Part shown: piece by piece, positions 1-10,843 of the stretch
How the letters are laid out: each line of letters begins with the position of its first letter
Position numbering within the stretch: position 1 is the stretch's first letter
Assembly (NCBI GenBank): GCA_963708075.1
Contig: OY970194.1
Coordinates: 1,440,001-1,504,000, forward strand
Reading direction: 5' to 3'
DNA from: Sedimentisphaerales bacterium
Lineage (GTDB): Bacteria; Planctomycetota; Phycisphaerae; Sedimentisphaerales; Anaerobacaceae
Length of the DNA: 64,000 nucleotides
Position numbers and translations under genes: made by a program
Notes under the pieces: model-generated
Told to the model about the DNA's origin: nothing
Seen by the model: only the letters and a program-made list of their open reading frames with translations
Databases searched by the model: none

Positions 1-151
1 CGATCTCATGGCGCTGGAGTCGCTCGGCCGGAGTCAGGGCCAGGTTGTCCCGAAGTGCCGAGATGTCAATGCCGTAATCGATCGCGTCTTGGACAGCGTC
101 CGGCGGTTCTGGATGTGCCTTGCCAGCCCGTTTCTTTCGTTTGCCGGCCAT
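1..151 (-). CDS. Small protein, truncated by window edge; resembles partners of nucleotidyltransferase-type toxin-antitoxin-like pairs
   Basis: My translation: MAGKRKKRAGKAHPEPPDAVQDAIDYGIDISALRDNLALTPAERLQRHEI...; ATG 2 nt after the tyrS stop; GID-x4-NL-x-LTP-x-ERL pattern. Confidence 0.55.
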   Translation of the reverse strand, partial: MAGKRKKRAGKAHPEPPDAVQDAIDYGIDISALRDNLALTPAERLQRHEI

Positions 152-153
152 GC

Positions 154-1366
<1,213 letters not shown>

Positions 1367-1403
1367 GGGCCCATCTCTCATAGGGGTTCTCTGAAAAGGT
1401 GGT

Positions 1404-1433
1404 ATTATAGGCGAACACCGGTCCGCCTGGCAA
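1404..1433 (-). promoter_or_regulatory. sigma70-like promoter for tyrS
   Basis: TTGCCA-N18-TATAAT on the minus strand, ~40 nt upstream of the ATG. Confidence 0.55.
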
Positions 1434-1534
1434 GGGGCTGTACGGCCAACTCAGGGCAAACGCCAAGTCGCTTGACATACGGGCTCTGCCGCGGAGCGAC
1501 TCTGTGTTTGCACCGGCGATGGCGGGGATATCCA

Positions 1535-1562
1535 TTGAAAAAGGCTCGGCGTTCGTTATACT
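1535..1562 (+). promoter_or_regulatory. sigma70-like promoter, probably giving a leaderless mRNA
   Basis: TTGAAA-N16-TATACT; ATG at 1569 lies 6 nt after the -10 box; no Shine-Dalgarno. Confidence 0.55.
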
Positions 1563-1568
1563 GCCGGC

Positions 1569-2024
1569 ATGGACGTCCGTGGTGCAAGAGTTTCAGATGC
1601 GAAAACGATCAGTACGCTGATCAACTACTACGCGGAGCATGACAAGATGCTCTTCCGGTCGCTGGCCGAGATCTACGAGAACCTCCAGACGTTCTCGGTG
1701 GTCGAGGAAAACGGCGCGGTGATCGGCTGCTGCGCGATGGAGGTGATCTGGTCGGACCTGGCGGAGATCAAGTCCCTTGCGGTGGACCCGGGCCACCGAA
1801 ATCGGGGCGTTGGGACGATCCTTGTCACGGCCGCGGTCGATCAGGCCCGCCATCTCGGCCTGCCACGGGTTTTCGCCCTTACCCTGGAGCCGGGCTTCTT
1901 CCAGAAGCTGGGGTTCACCATTGTCACTAAAGAGGCATTGCCGATGAAAGTCTGGAGCGACTGTGCCCGGTGTCCCAAGCAGCAGGAATGCGACGAAATC
2001 GCCATGGTCAAGTCCCTCACGTAG
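1569..2024 (+). CDS. GNAT N-acetyltransferase, short ArgA-like N-acetylglutamate synthase family
   Basis: LAEIKSLAV, RNRGVG acetyl-CoA motif, VFALT..FF.KLGF, LPMKVWSDCARCPK...CDEIAM. Confidence 0.8.
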   Translation: MDVRGARVSDAKTISTLINYYAEHDKMLFRSLAEIYENLQTFSVVEENGAVIGCCAMEVIWSDLAEIKSLAVDPGHRNRGVGTILVTAAVDQARHLGLPRVFALTLEPGFFQKLGFTIVTKEALPMKVWSDCARCPKQQECDEIAMVKSLT

Positions 2025-2027
2025 GAC

Positions 2028-2990
2028 TCAGCCGATTTGCCTTCTCTGGAAGAGGGCGACAGCCAGCGCCAGGATGGCCCCGGTGTAACAGAGGGCGTAT
2101 GAGCCGCTGATGAAGATGTAGCTCAGCGGCACCCGGCTGCCTTCGTAAATCGCATCGCTGATCCAGAAAACCTGCAGATTCGGCACGAGGAAACGCCCAA
2201 TCCTGGCCCAAAGATGTGTCTCCGCAAACCTGCCGAAGGCGTAGTCGCTGATCAGGCCCAGGAGGAAGATGCCTACACAGGCGGAGAGGGTCACCATGGT
2301 ATTGAATCGGGTGGAAACCGCCACGGCCAGGGCGGCAATGATCATCGCCGCCAGAAACAGCAGGATCGAGCCATAGATGTCGAGGGCGTGGAGGCCATTT
2401 TCCTTGGGGTTAAACTTCAGGTGCTCATCTATAAAGATGAAGAAGACCATGGCGGCGGTGGCGAGAATCGCCGCAATCACGATGGCCGTGGAGGTGAACT
2501 TCCAGTCGTACATGTAATTGAAGAAGGCGCTGAGCAACGCCGTCGCGACGACAATGATCCCGGCGGCGCCAAGGACGGTCCAGTCGTGCGTGTCCGAGGC
2601 TGTCTCCATGACCCCGTGCCGGATCGCCATCAGCAGGGCGACCGTGCAAATGTAGTGCGCCAGGGCCACGGCCACCATGACCCCGAGGAACTTGGCAATC
2701 AGGAATATCGGACGTTGCACGGGCTTGGTCAGCACCGTCATGATGGTTTTATTTTCCAATTCCACCGAAACCGCCCCGGATGCGGAAAAGATTGCCACGA
2801 ACAAGCTCGTCAAGAAGAGCGTAGAGAGCCCAATTTCACGTAAGAGTTTGTTGTCATCGTCCATCGTGTACATGGCTAACGATGGGCTGATCAGGAAGAG
2901 TAGCAGGGCGATAGAAATGATGACCGCGTAGACGGGTTGTCGCAGTGTCTCGATCAACGTGTTCTTTGCAATTGTCACCAGGGTACGCAT
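2028..2990 (-). CDS. ABC-2-type transporter permease
   Basis: IAKNTLIETLRQP start; ELENKTIMTVLTKPVQRPIFLIAKFLG motif; multiple TM segments. Confidence 0.85.
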   Translation of the reverse strand: MRTLVTIAKNTLIETLRQPVYAVIISIALLLFLISPSLAMYTMDDDNKLLREIGLSTLFLTSLFVAIFSASGAVSVELENKTIMTVLTKPVQRPIFLIAKFLGVMVAVALAHYICTVALLMAIRHGVMETASDTHDWTVLGAAGIIVVATALLSAFFNYMYDWKFTSTAIVIAAILATAAMVFFIFIDEHLKFNPKENGLHALDIYGSILLFLAAMIIAALAVAVSTRFNTMVTLSACVGIFLLGLISDYAFGRFAETHLWARIGRFLVPNLQVFWISDAIYEGSRVPLSYIFISGSYALCYTGAILALAVALFQRRQIG

Positions 2991-3094
2991 GATCTTGTAT
3001 CCGAGACCTCGATTGCTCCAGTGGCGGTCGCTTTCAGGACAGCACTGACGCGTATTTTTTTCATGGTTGTCGCTACACGACGACGATGTCAGGT

Positions 3095-3123
3095 GTTATA
3101 GTGCTGGCCTATCTCTTTGTAAA
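3095..3123 (-). promoter_or_regulatory. sigma70-like promoter for the divergent permease
   Basis: TTTACA-N17-TATAAC on the minus strand. Confidence 0.5.
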
Positions 3124-3194
3124 GGGCTTCGGTCCATTAGTAAGTAGATACTGGGTGGCTCGAATTTTGTTCGCAATCGGGAGTTGAATCGGCA

Positions 3195-5274
3195 ATGACA
3201 ACAACCTCAAAGCGTCCCGAACAGGTGGCCTGGGCGTCTTTGGTCTTGAGCCTGGTTTTCTTTGGCGTGACCTTCTTTCTCGGCCAATGGAGCGGCTTTT
3301 TCGCCGTTTCCGCCGTCGCCTGGCAACTGCTTGCCGCGGCGCTGATCTGGCTCGTCCTGGCGATCCAGTTCCATCAGCGAAGCCTGGCCGAGCAGGAAAA
3401 GCTCGACATGGGCCAGCTTGCCAGGGAGAAAGAATCTTCCACGATTTTCGAGGCGAAGGGGGATCAGCTTGCGTTGCTGGCGGCCGCCCAGCGACGACTG
3501 GAAGTCATCGAGAAATGGTTCCTCCCTATCTTCGCGGGCGTGATCGCCGTTTATGAAATCGGCATCGGCCTCTTTATTCTCCAGACCATTCCGGCGTGGG
3601 CCGACGCCAAAACGCAGCAGCCGCTGGTGGCTGCAATCATCGCGACCTCCGTCGCTTTCGTCAGTTTCCTGCTGTCGCGGTATGCCACGGGCATGGCGGT
3701 GGAGCCGCGATGGAAGCCGCTGCGGGCCGGCGGCAGTTACCTGCTTGGCGTGGCGGTCATCTGTTTTGCCCTCGCGTTGACCCTCGCCGGCGTGCATTTC
3801 CAGTTCTTCACCCCCGTTAGCGTCGTCGGCTTTGTGATCCCCGTTCTGCTGATCGTCCTCGGTATTGAGACGGCTCTCAACATCGTCCTCGATATTTATC
3901 GCCCGCGGCTTAAAGGCCAGTACAGCAGGGCAGCATTCGACAGTCGGCTGCTCGGCATCCTCAATGAGCCCGGCGGGGTATTCCGTAGCGTCGCGGCCGC
4001 CATCGACTATCAATTCGGCTTCAAAGTCTCGCAAACCTGGTTCTATAAGCTCCTGGAGAAGGCCGTCGTGCCGCTGATTCTCTTCTCGGCGATGACGTTG
4101 TACCTGGCCAGCAGCATCCTCGTAGTGGCGCCGAACGAACAGGCCGTCATCGAACGGCTCGGCAATCCGCTCGCCGGCAGTGGCGAGCCTCGCATCGTAG
4201 GGCCCGGCATGTGGCTCAAGTTCCCCTGGCCCATTGACATCGCCTACAAGCACCCGACGAAGCAGGTCATGGAACTGTATATCGGCTACGTGCCCAAGAC
4301 CGCCGAAAAGACCGGACTGGTCATACCCGAGAACCTCCCTGCTCTGGGGCCAGACACACTATAAGGAAGAATACAACCTGCTGGTGGCCAGCGAATATGC
4401 CGGTGAGCAGATGGAGGAAGGGGCCGTCCCGGTCAGTCTGGTCAAGGCCAATATCCCCGTCCAGTACAGGATCAAAGACCTCTACACCTACATTTATCGC
4501 CATAGTCAGCCGGACAGACTCCTGGAGGCTATCTGCTATCGCGAGTTGACCAAATTTGCCGCAAGCGCCAGTGTGGAGGCAGAGGACGCGGGAACGGCAG
4601 GAGCGAGAGTTGAAGTCAATCTCCTCGGCGCCGGCAGGACGCGGGCCAAGGAAGTGCTGGCAAAGAGAATCCAGGAGGCAGCCGATCAGCAGGGGCTGGG
4701 CATTGAGCTCATTTTCCTCGGTGTCCAGGGGATTCATCCCCCGCCGGAGGTCGCCCCGGATTACCAGGCTGTGGCGGCCGCCGTGCAGAAAAGACAAGCG
4801 CTGGTCCTGGAGGCACAGGCCGAACGGAACAGGACGCTCAGCACGCTGATCGGCTCGGTCGCAAGAGCCTACGAGGTGTCCAATCTCGCGGCGGAATATC
4901 AGAGGGCCCGTGAAGACGGCCGCACGGAAGACGCGGAAAAGCTCGGCACGCAGCTCGACACCGCTTTTGCAAACGCCAAGGGCGACATCTTCAGAATTCT
5001 GAGAGAGGCACAGAGTTACGCCTTTGCCAAAGCTGCGCTGGCTAAGGCGACGGCTGATCGCTTCACCGGCCAGCTCAAGGCCTACCGGGCCGCCCCGCGA
5101 ATCTACATGCGACAGCAGCGACTGGCGGTCCTCAAAGAGGCCCTGCGAGGCATTCGAAAGTACATTGTCGTCAGCGACCCGAATAATTCCGAGGTCGTTA
5201 TCGTGGATTTGCAGGATCAAGTCACACCCGACTTGTACAAACTTGGCGGTCTGCCGGAGAACAACGCACAATGA
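3195..5274 (+). CDS. HflK-like SPFH protein with large N-terminal multi-TM domain (indel ~4332)
   Basis: ORFs 3195..4364 and 4234..5274 join; VVAPNEQAVIERLG..GPG..LKFPWPID, VQYRIKD, GIHPPPEVA, AYRAAP. Confidence 0.85.
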
Positions 5275-6170
5275 GAAGACTAGTGATTCCCATCCTTATT
5301 GCCGTAATCTTCCTGATCCTGGCCATCTATCTCGTGGCGTTTCAGGTCCGACAGAGCGAGCTGGCCTTCGTGACAAGATTTGGCCAGCCTGTGCGATCGA
5401 TCACTACGCCGGGCCTCAAGCTCAAGCTGCCGACTCCTATCGAGCGGGTCCACAAGTTCGATTCACGGATGCGGCTGCTCGAAGCGGAGATCAGCGAAAC
5501 GACCACGCGGGGAAGAGTCCCCATCATCATCAACAGCTACGCCGTCTGGCGGATCACCGACCCGCTTCAGTTCAACAACAGTGTCGGCTCCATCGAAAGC
5601 GGCGAGAGCAAGCTGCGAAGCCAGATCAACGACACCCAGAACCGTGTCATCGGCCAGTACACCTTCGCGGAGTTCATCAACAGCGATCCCAACAAGATTC
5701 GGTTCGACGAGATCCAGGCAAAAATGCTTGTCGATCTCGCCCCCCGCGTCGCCAAGGAGTACGGCATCGAGGTCAAGACCCTCGGCATCAAACAGCTCAA
5801 GATCAGCCAGGACAATACGAAAGAGGTGTTTGAGAGAATGAAGGCCGAGCGGAAGAGACGCACGGAGGCGACGATCGCCCTGGGCACCGCCGAAGCCACA
5901 AAGATCCGAACAGACGCCGACGCGATCAAGACGGGATTGCTCGCCGCCGCGGAGGGTCGGGCCAAGGCCATCCAGGGCCGGGGCGACGCCGAAACCGCGA
6001 AGTACCTCGAGAAGATGGAGGAAGACCCCGACTTGGCCATGTTCCTGCGGAATCTGGATGCGCTGCGCACGATGATGGGAGAGCGTTCCACGCTGGTCAT
6101 TCCGACGGATTGTGAGCCGTTCAGCCTGCTGAAGAAGATGCCGTCGCTGAAGACAAATGAGCAGAAATAG
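5271..6170 (+). CDS. hflC: HflC-like SPFH protein
   Basis: Single N-terminal TM; VTRFGQP..PGLKLKLP, FDSR, WRITDP, VFERMKAER, FLRNLDAL. Confidence 0.85.
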   Translation: MRRLVIPILIAVIFLILAIYLVAFQVRQSELAFVTRFGQPVRSITTPGLKLKLPTPIERVHKFDSRMRLLEAEISETTTRGRVPIIINSYAVWRITDPLQFNNSVGSIESGESKLRSQINDTQNRVIGQYTFAEFINSDPNKIRFDEIQAKMLVDLAPRVAKEYGIEVKTLGIKQLKISQDNTKEVFERMKAERKRRTEATIALGTAEATKIRTDADAIKTGLLAAAEGRAKAIQGRGDAETAKYLEKMEEDPDLAMFLRNLDALRTMMGERSTLVIPTDCEPFSLLKKMPSLKTNEQK

Positions 6171-6204
6171 TCGTGTTCCTTGTTGAAAAGGTGTTTGCAG
6201 AACC

Positions 6205-7611
6205 ATGTCGCACGAACACAGACACGATCACGGGCACGAATATCATCATGGGCATGACCACGATGACAGGCACGAACACGATCACGGGCCTGAACACGAG
6301 CACGACCACACAGAGCCGACCGGCGAAGGGAAGCCCCGGCCCGAGGAGCTCGACGCCGCCGGCAGATCGCTCTCGGATGCGCTGCGAATCAGCTTTGCCA
6401 TCCTGAAGGTGATCATGGTCGTACTGGTCGTCGGTTTCCTCGCCTCCGGGTTCCGGACCGTAGAGACCGGGGAGCAGGGCGTTGTCCTGCGTTTTGGCCA
6501 GATCCAAAGGACCAAGGGGCCCGGCTGGGTGTGGGTCTTTCCCTACCCGATCGATGAGCTCATCCGGATTCCCGTCGACAAGCGGATCAATCTGCCGGTC
6601 CGAACATTCTGGTATAAGGAGACCCGGGAAGACATCGAGGGCGCAGGCGTGATTCCGCGAAATCTCCGGGCGGAGAGTCTGGACCCGCTGCAGGAAGGCT
6701 ACTGCCTGACCCGAAGCGAGGATCGCGAATCCGAGGCTATCCCGGCCGTCCAGCTTGGGCCGGCGGCGAACCGCACCCTGGCTCTTGCGCAGCAAAGCGA
6801 TGGAAGCGACTATAGCATCGTCCACACAAAATGGCAGATCAACTACCAGATTCAGAGCATCGATCAGTTCTTCCGAAACGTCTACGTCTCGGAGGTCAAG
6901 CCGGGCCAGGTCTACTTTGATGTGATGACGCAGAGCATCACGCCGATGCTTCGCAGCGTGATCGAAGACGCCATCGTCCGCGCGATGGTGCACTACACAA
7001 TCGATGAGGCCCTCCAGAGCATCGACACGATCCCCGGACGCGTCCAGCAGCTTGCTCAACAGAAATTGGACGACATCGGCAGCGGCATCGTCGTGAAATC
7101 GGTACTCCTGGAGAAGGCGGAATGGCCCAAACAGGTGGACCAGGCGTTTACAGAATCCATTGCCGCCAGTCAGAGGAGCCAGGGGGCCATCACCCAGGCC
7201 CGGACATACGCTGAGAACACGCTCAACGAGGTGGCCGGACTTGTGGCCAGGCAGTTGTACCAGACCCTTGTGGATGGCAACGATAGCGGCGAGCAGATCG
7301 ACGCCCTCTGGTCGCAGGTCGCCGGCGGAGCCAGGGACAGAATCGCGCAGGCCGAGGCCTATCGCACAACGGTCGTCGAAACCGCCAAGGCCAATGCCGA
7401 CTACCTCATGAGTCTGTTGCCGGAGTACCGAAAGCGACCCGAGCTCTTCGCTCAGGGGATTTACCTGGTGGCCATGGAAGAGGTGTTCGCCAACGCTGAC
7501 GAGAAATTCATCATCGAACTGTCCGAGGCGGCCAAAGAGCGACAGGTCAGAATCAACCTCAACCGGGACCAGGTCAAGCCGAAAAAACAGGGACAGTCAA
7601 CGACGAAATAA
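6205..7611 (+). CDS. HflK-like SPFH protein with His-rich N-terminus
   Basis: 15 His in first 35 aa, then TM, GFRTVETGEQGVVLRFG, GPGWVWVFPYPID, LLPEYRKRP. Confidence 0.85.
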   Translation: MSHEHRHDHGHEYHHGHDHDDRHEHDHGPEHEHDHTEPTGEGKPRPEELDAAGRSLSDALRISFAILKVIMVVLVVGFLASGFRTVETGEQGVVLRFGQIQRTKGPGWVWVFPYPIDELIRIPVDKRINLPVRTFWYKETREDIEGAGVIPRNLRAESLDPLQEGYCLTRSEDRESEAIPAVQLGPAANRTLALAQQSDGSDYSIVHTKWQINYQIQSIDQFFRNVYVSEVKPGQVYFDVMTQSITPMLRSVIEDAIVRAMVHYTIDEALQSIDTIPGRVQQLAQQKLDDIGSGIVVKSVLLEKAEWPKQVDQAFTESIAASQRSQGAITQARTYAENTLNEVAGLVARQLYQTLVDGNDSGEQIDALWSQVAGGARDRIAQAEAYRTTVVETAKANADYLMSLLPEYRKRPELFAQGIYLVAMEEVFANADEKFIIELSEAAKERQVRINLNRDQVKPKKQGQSTTK

Positions 7612-7667
7612 TGGGCGATCCGCGTCGCATCGCGGGCCTGATGGGAGTATCGCAAGAGAACTGAACT

Positions 7668-9596
7668 ATGGCTCACCAGCACCTGCACTTTCAAGAGGAT
7701 TTCAGCGCCGAGCAGACCCGCGGCAAGCAGCTTCGCGTCAGCATCGCGATGCTGGCCACGCTGGCCGGCGGCGTGCTGCTGATCAACAGCGGCATCGGGC
7801 GGCTCTTCTATGAGCCCGGAAGCTTCAACGTCGAGATCTTCGCCCTGCTCGGGGCCGTGCTTCTCGGGGCGCCGATCATCATCCATGCGATCAAGAGCCT
7901 CGCGAGGGGTGAATCGCACATGGATGAGCTGGCGGCGCTGGGCATTGTGGCTGCGTTCGCCACGGAAGAGTATGTCGCCGCCGGACTCATCGGCTTTTTC
8001 ATGCTGCTCAGCGAGCTTGTGGAGACGCGAACGGCGCTGGGCGCCCGAGCCTCCATCGAATCGCTGATCCGCCTGACCCCCATACGAGCCAACCTGCTCG
8101 AGCAGGACGGCAGCGAGAGGGAGGTCAAGGTCAGCGAGTTGAGGGCCGGGGATCGCATCCGCGTGCGTCCGGGTGACAACATTCCCGCCGACGGCGAGGT
8201 GGACGACGGCCTGAGCTCCGTCAACGAGGCGACGATCACAGGCGAGTCGTTGCCCGTCGACAAGGTGCCCGGCATGCAGGTCTTCGCCGGCACGAGCAAT
8301 CTTACCGGTGCTCTCGACATTCGCGTGACCAAGGCGGGCGGGGACACGACGCTGGGCAAGGTCCAGTCCCTGATCATCCAGGCCGAGCAGACCAAGATCC
8401 CCATCATGCGGATCATCGACCGCTACATCTCGTGGTATGTCCCGACCATCCTGATGATTGCCGCCATCGTCTGGGTCTTTACGCGGAACATCAACCAGTC
8501 CATCACGATCCTCGTAATTTCCTGTCCCTGCGCATTGATTCTTGCGACGCCCACGGCCATGGTGGCGGCCATTTCCGCCACGGCCCGGCTTGGTGTCCTC
8601 GTCAAGAACGTGGCCGATCTCGAGATCGCCGGCAGGATGACCGCCATGGTGTTCGACAAGACCGGCACCGTCACAACCGGCCGGCTGTATGTCACCCGGC
8701 TCACGCCCGCCGAAGGGGTCGAGCCCGGGGAACTTCTGGCGGAGGCCGCCGCGGCGGAACAGATGAGTAAGCACCCGGCCGCGCGGGCCCTGCAGGAAGT
8801 GGCGAAAGAGGCCGACCTGACGCTTCCCGCCACAAAGGACTTCAAAGAGACGCCCGGTAAAGGCGTCACGGCCACTGTCAACTCGTCGCGAATCCTCGTC
8901 GGCCGCGAGAGCTTCCTGAAGGAGAACGGCATCGATGTCTGCAATATCACCGATCCGCGTCTCCACGAGGAGGAGGGTTTCAGTACCCTGTATGTGGCGA
9001 AGGACTCGCGGTGCATCGGCTGGATCGGCCTGCAGGATAAAACTCGTCCCGAGGCGCAGCAAGCCATCGCGGAGCTGGCGGAGATGGGCATCAAGAGAGT
9101 GACGATGCTGACCGGCGACCGCAGCGAGGTGGCCAATCGCGTCGCCGCCGAGCTGGGCTGCACCGATTACAAAGCCCATTGCCTGCCCCAGGATAAGCTG
9201 GCCATTGTCGAGCAGATCAAGCGGGACGGGCACACCGTCGTGGTTATCGGCGACGGCATCAACGATGCCCCGGCGCTGGCGGCGGGGGATCTGGGCATCG
9301 CCATGGGCGCCGCCGGCAGCGACGTTGCGATCAACTCCGCGTCGATTGCCCTGATGAACGACGATCTGCGCCGTATCCCGTTCCTTGTCCAGGTGTCTCG
9401 CAAGACGCGACGGGTGATCAACCAGAACCTGGCGTTCGGCGTGGCGTTCATTATCATCGGTATCTCGATGTCGAAGTTCGTGCCGCCGGCTGTGGCCGCG
9501 TTCCTGCACTTTGCCAGCTCGCTGGTCGTCGTGTTCAACAGTGCCCGCCTGGTCCGCTTCGGCGAAGACCTCGACCGCGAGCCGCAGGAGGCGTAA
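7668..9596 (+). CDS. P1B-type heavy-metal-translocating ATPase
   Basis: TGES, SCPCALILATP, DKTGT, SKHP, TGD, GDGINDAP motifs; no N-terminal HMA domain. Confidence 0.95.
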   Translation: MAHQHLHFQEDFSAEQTRGKQLRVSIAMLATLAGGVLLINSGIGRLFYEPGSFNVEIFALLGAVLLGAPIIIHAIKSLARGESHMDELAALGIVAAFATEEYVAAGLIGFFMLLSELVETRTALGARASIESLIRLTPIRANLLEQDGSEREVKVSELRAGDRIRVRPGDNIPADGEVDDGLSSVNEATITGESLPVDKVPGMQVFAGTSNLTGALDIRVTKAGGDTTLGKVQSLIIQAEQTKIPIMRIIDRYISWYVPTILMIAAIVWVFTRNINQSITILVISCPCALILATPTAMVAAISATARLGVLVKNVADLEIAGRMTAMVFDKTGTVTTGRLYVTRLTPAEGVEPGELLAEAAAAEQMSKHPAARALQEVAKEADLTLPATKDFKETPGKGVTATVNSSRILVGRESFLKENGIDVCNITDPRLHEEEGFSTLYVAKDSRCIGWIGLQDKTRPEAQQAIAELAEMGIKRVTMLTGDRSEVANRVAAELGCTDYKAHCLPQDKLAIVEQIKRDGHTVVVIGDGINDAPALAAGDLGIAMGAAGSDVAINSASIALMNDDLRRIPFLVQVSRKTRRVINQNLAFGVAFIIIGISMSKFVPPAVAAFLHFASSLVVVFNSARLVRFGEDLDREPQEA

Positions 9597-9601
9597 AGAC
9601 G

Positions 9602-10843
9602 ATGGAAAGCTATGCCGTCGAGACAATCGGGTTGACCAAGGTTTTTTCCGACTGGTGGGGCCGGACCAGGGTCTATGCCGTTGACGACCTCAACCTGCAG
9701 ATTCGGCACAACGAGGTGTTCGGGCTGCTGGGTCCGAACGGCTCAGGCAAGACGACGACTATCAAGATGCTGCTGGGCCTGCTCCATCCGACGAAGGGTC
9801 ACGCATTGCTGCTCGGCGGCCACGGGACCGATCCGAAGATCAACGCCCACATCGGCTTTCTTCCCGAGGAGTCGTACCTGTACCGGTTCCTCAACGCCCG
9901 CGAGACGCTGGATTTCTATGGCCGGCTGTTCGGGCTGGCCCGCGAGGTGCGTCAGATGCGGATCGAGGCCCTGCTGGACATGGTGGGCCTGAAGGCCGTG
10001 GCAAGCCGGCCTGTGGGCACGTACTCCAAGGGCATGGCGAGGCGAATCGGCCTGGCGCAGGCCCTGATCAACGACCCGGACCTGCTGATCCTCGATGAGC
10101 CGACCACCGGCCTCGATCCAATCGGGACACGGCAGATCAAGGACCTCATTCTGAAATTGGCGGAGCGAGGCAAGACCATCCTGCTGTGCAGCCATCTGCT
10201 GGCCGACGTGGAAGACGTGTGTCATCGCATCGCCATCCTCTACGGCGGCAAAGTCCAGGCGCAAGGCCGCGTCAAAGACCTGCTCCAGAAGACGGACAAG
10301 CGGCAAATCGTCACAGACGCCATCAGCGACGCCGCCGTCGAGCGGATAAAGACCGTCCTGAATGGCGAGGGCGTTCAATTTGAGATCTCCTCGCCCATGG
10401 AGCGGCTCGAAACGTTCTTCATCCATACGGTCGCGGAGGCGCAACAGCAAGCCAAGCCGACGAGCGGCGCCGTCAGCACGACCCAGATCGGCGAGTTTCT
10501 CACCGCCGGCGCCCAAAAAGGGAACATTCTCGACAAGCTGGTCGGGGCGCCCGAGCCCGAGCCCACGACGGCGACCCCACAAATGGAGAAAGTGGCCGAG
10601 ACCGAAGTCCCCAAGCGAGAGCGGGACAAGGACGTGCTGCGGGAACTGACAAAATCAACGCCGGCCTCGACCGAGCAAACCGCGAAGACAGAGACGCCTC
10701 GAACGGAGCCTGTCGAGACGAAGGGCGGGGCCGATGCTCAGCGAGTGAAGAAGAAGGTGCTCGATGACCTGGTGGGCCGTCCGGCGCCTCAGGAACCGAA
10801 GGAACAGGGTGAACGGGAAGAGGGAGATTCCGGCCATGCGTAG
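9602..10843 (+). CDS. ABC transporter ATP-binding protein with long low-complexity C-terminal tail
   Basis: GPNGSGKT, YSKGM, LILDEPT, SH switch; ~130-aa E/K/P/T-rich tail. Confidence 0.95.
   Translation: MESYAVETIGLTKVFSDWWGRTRVYAVDDLNLQIRHNEVFGLLGPNGSGKTTTIKMLLGLLHPTKGHALLLGGHGTDPKINAHIGFLPEESYLYRFLNARETLDFYGRLFGLAREVRQMRIEALLDMVGLKAVASRPVGTYSKGMARRIGLAQALINDPDLLILDEPTTGLDPIGTRQIKDLILKLAERGKTILLCSHLLADVEDVCHRIAILYGGKVQAQGRVKDLLQKTDKRQIVTDAISDAAVERIKTVLNGEGVQFEISSPMERLETFFIHTVAEAQQQAKPTSGAVSTTQIGEFLTAGAQKGNILDKLVGAPEPEPTTATPQMEKVAETEVPKRERDKDVLRELTKSTPASTEQTAKTETPRTEPVETKGGADAQRVKKKVLDDLVGRPAPQEPKEQGEREEGDSGHA

Noticed and set aside
1367..1568. T-box leader upstream of tyrS
   Set aside because: No TGGNACC T-box or terminator; the predicted promoter leaves only a ~30-nt leader.
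4320..4345. Programmed frameshifting in the SPFH gene and other split genes
   Set aside because: No consistent slippery heptamer or stimulatory structure; indels are scattered, including in essential genes.
7461..9626. 721-aa antisense ORF and many other long opposite-strand ORFs (for example 38630..39898, 50189..51520)
   Set aside because: Shadow frames of real GC-rich genes; no recognisable motifs.
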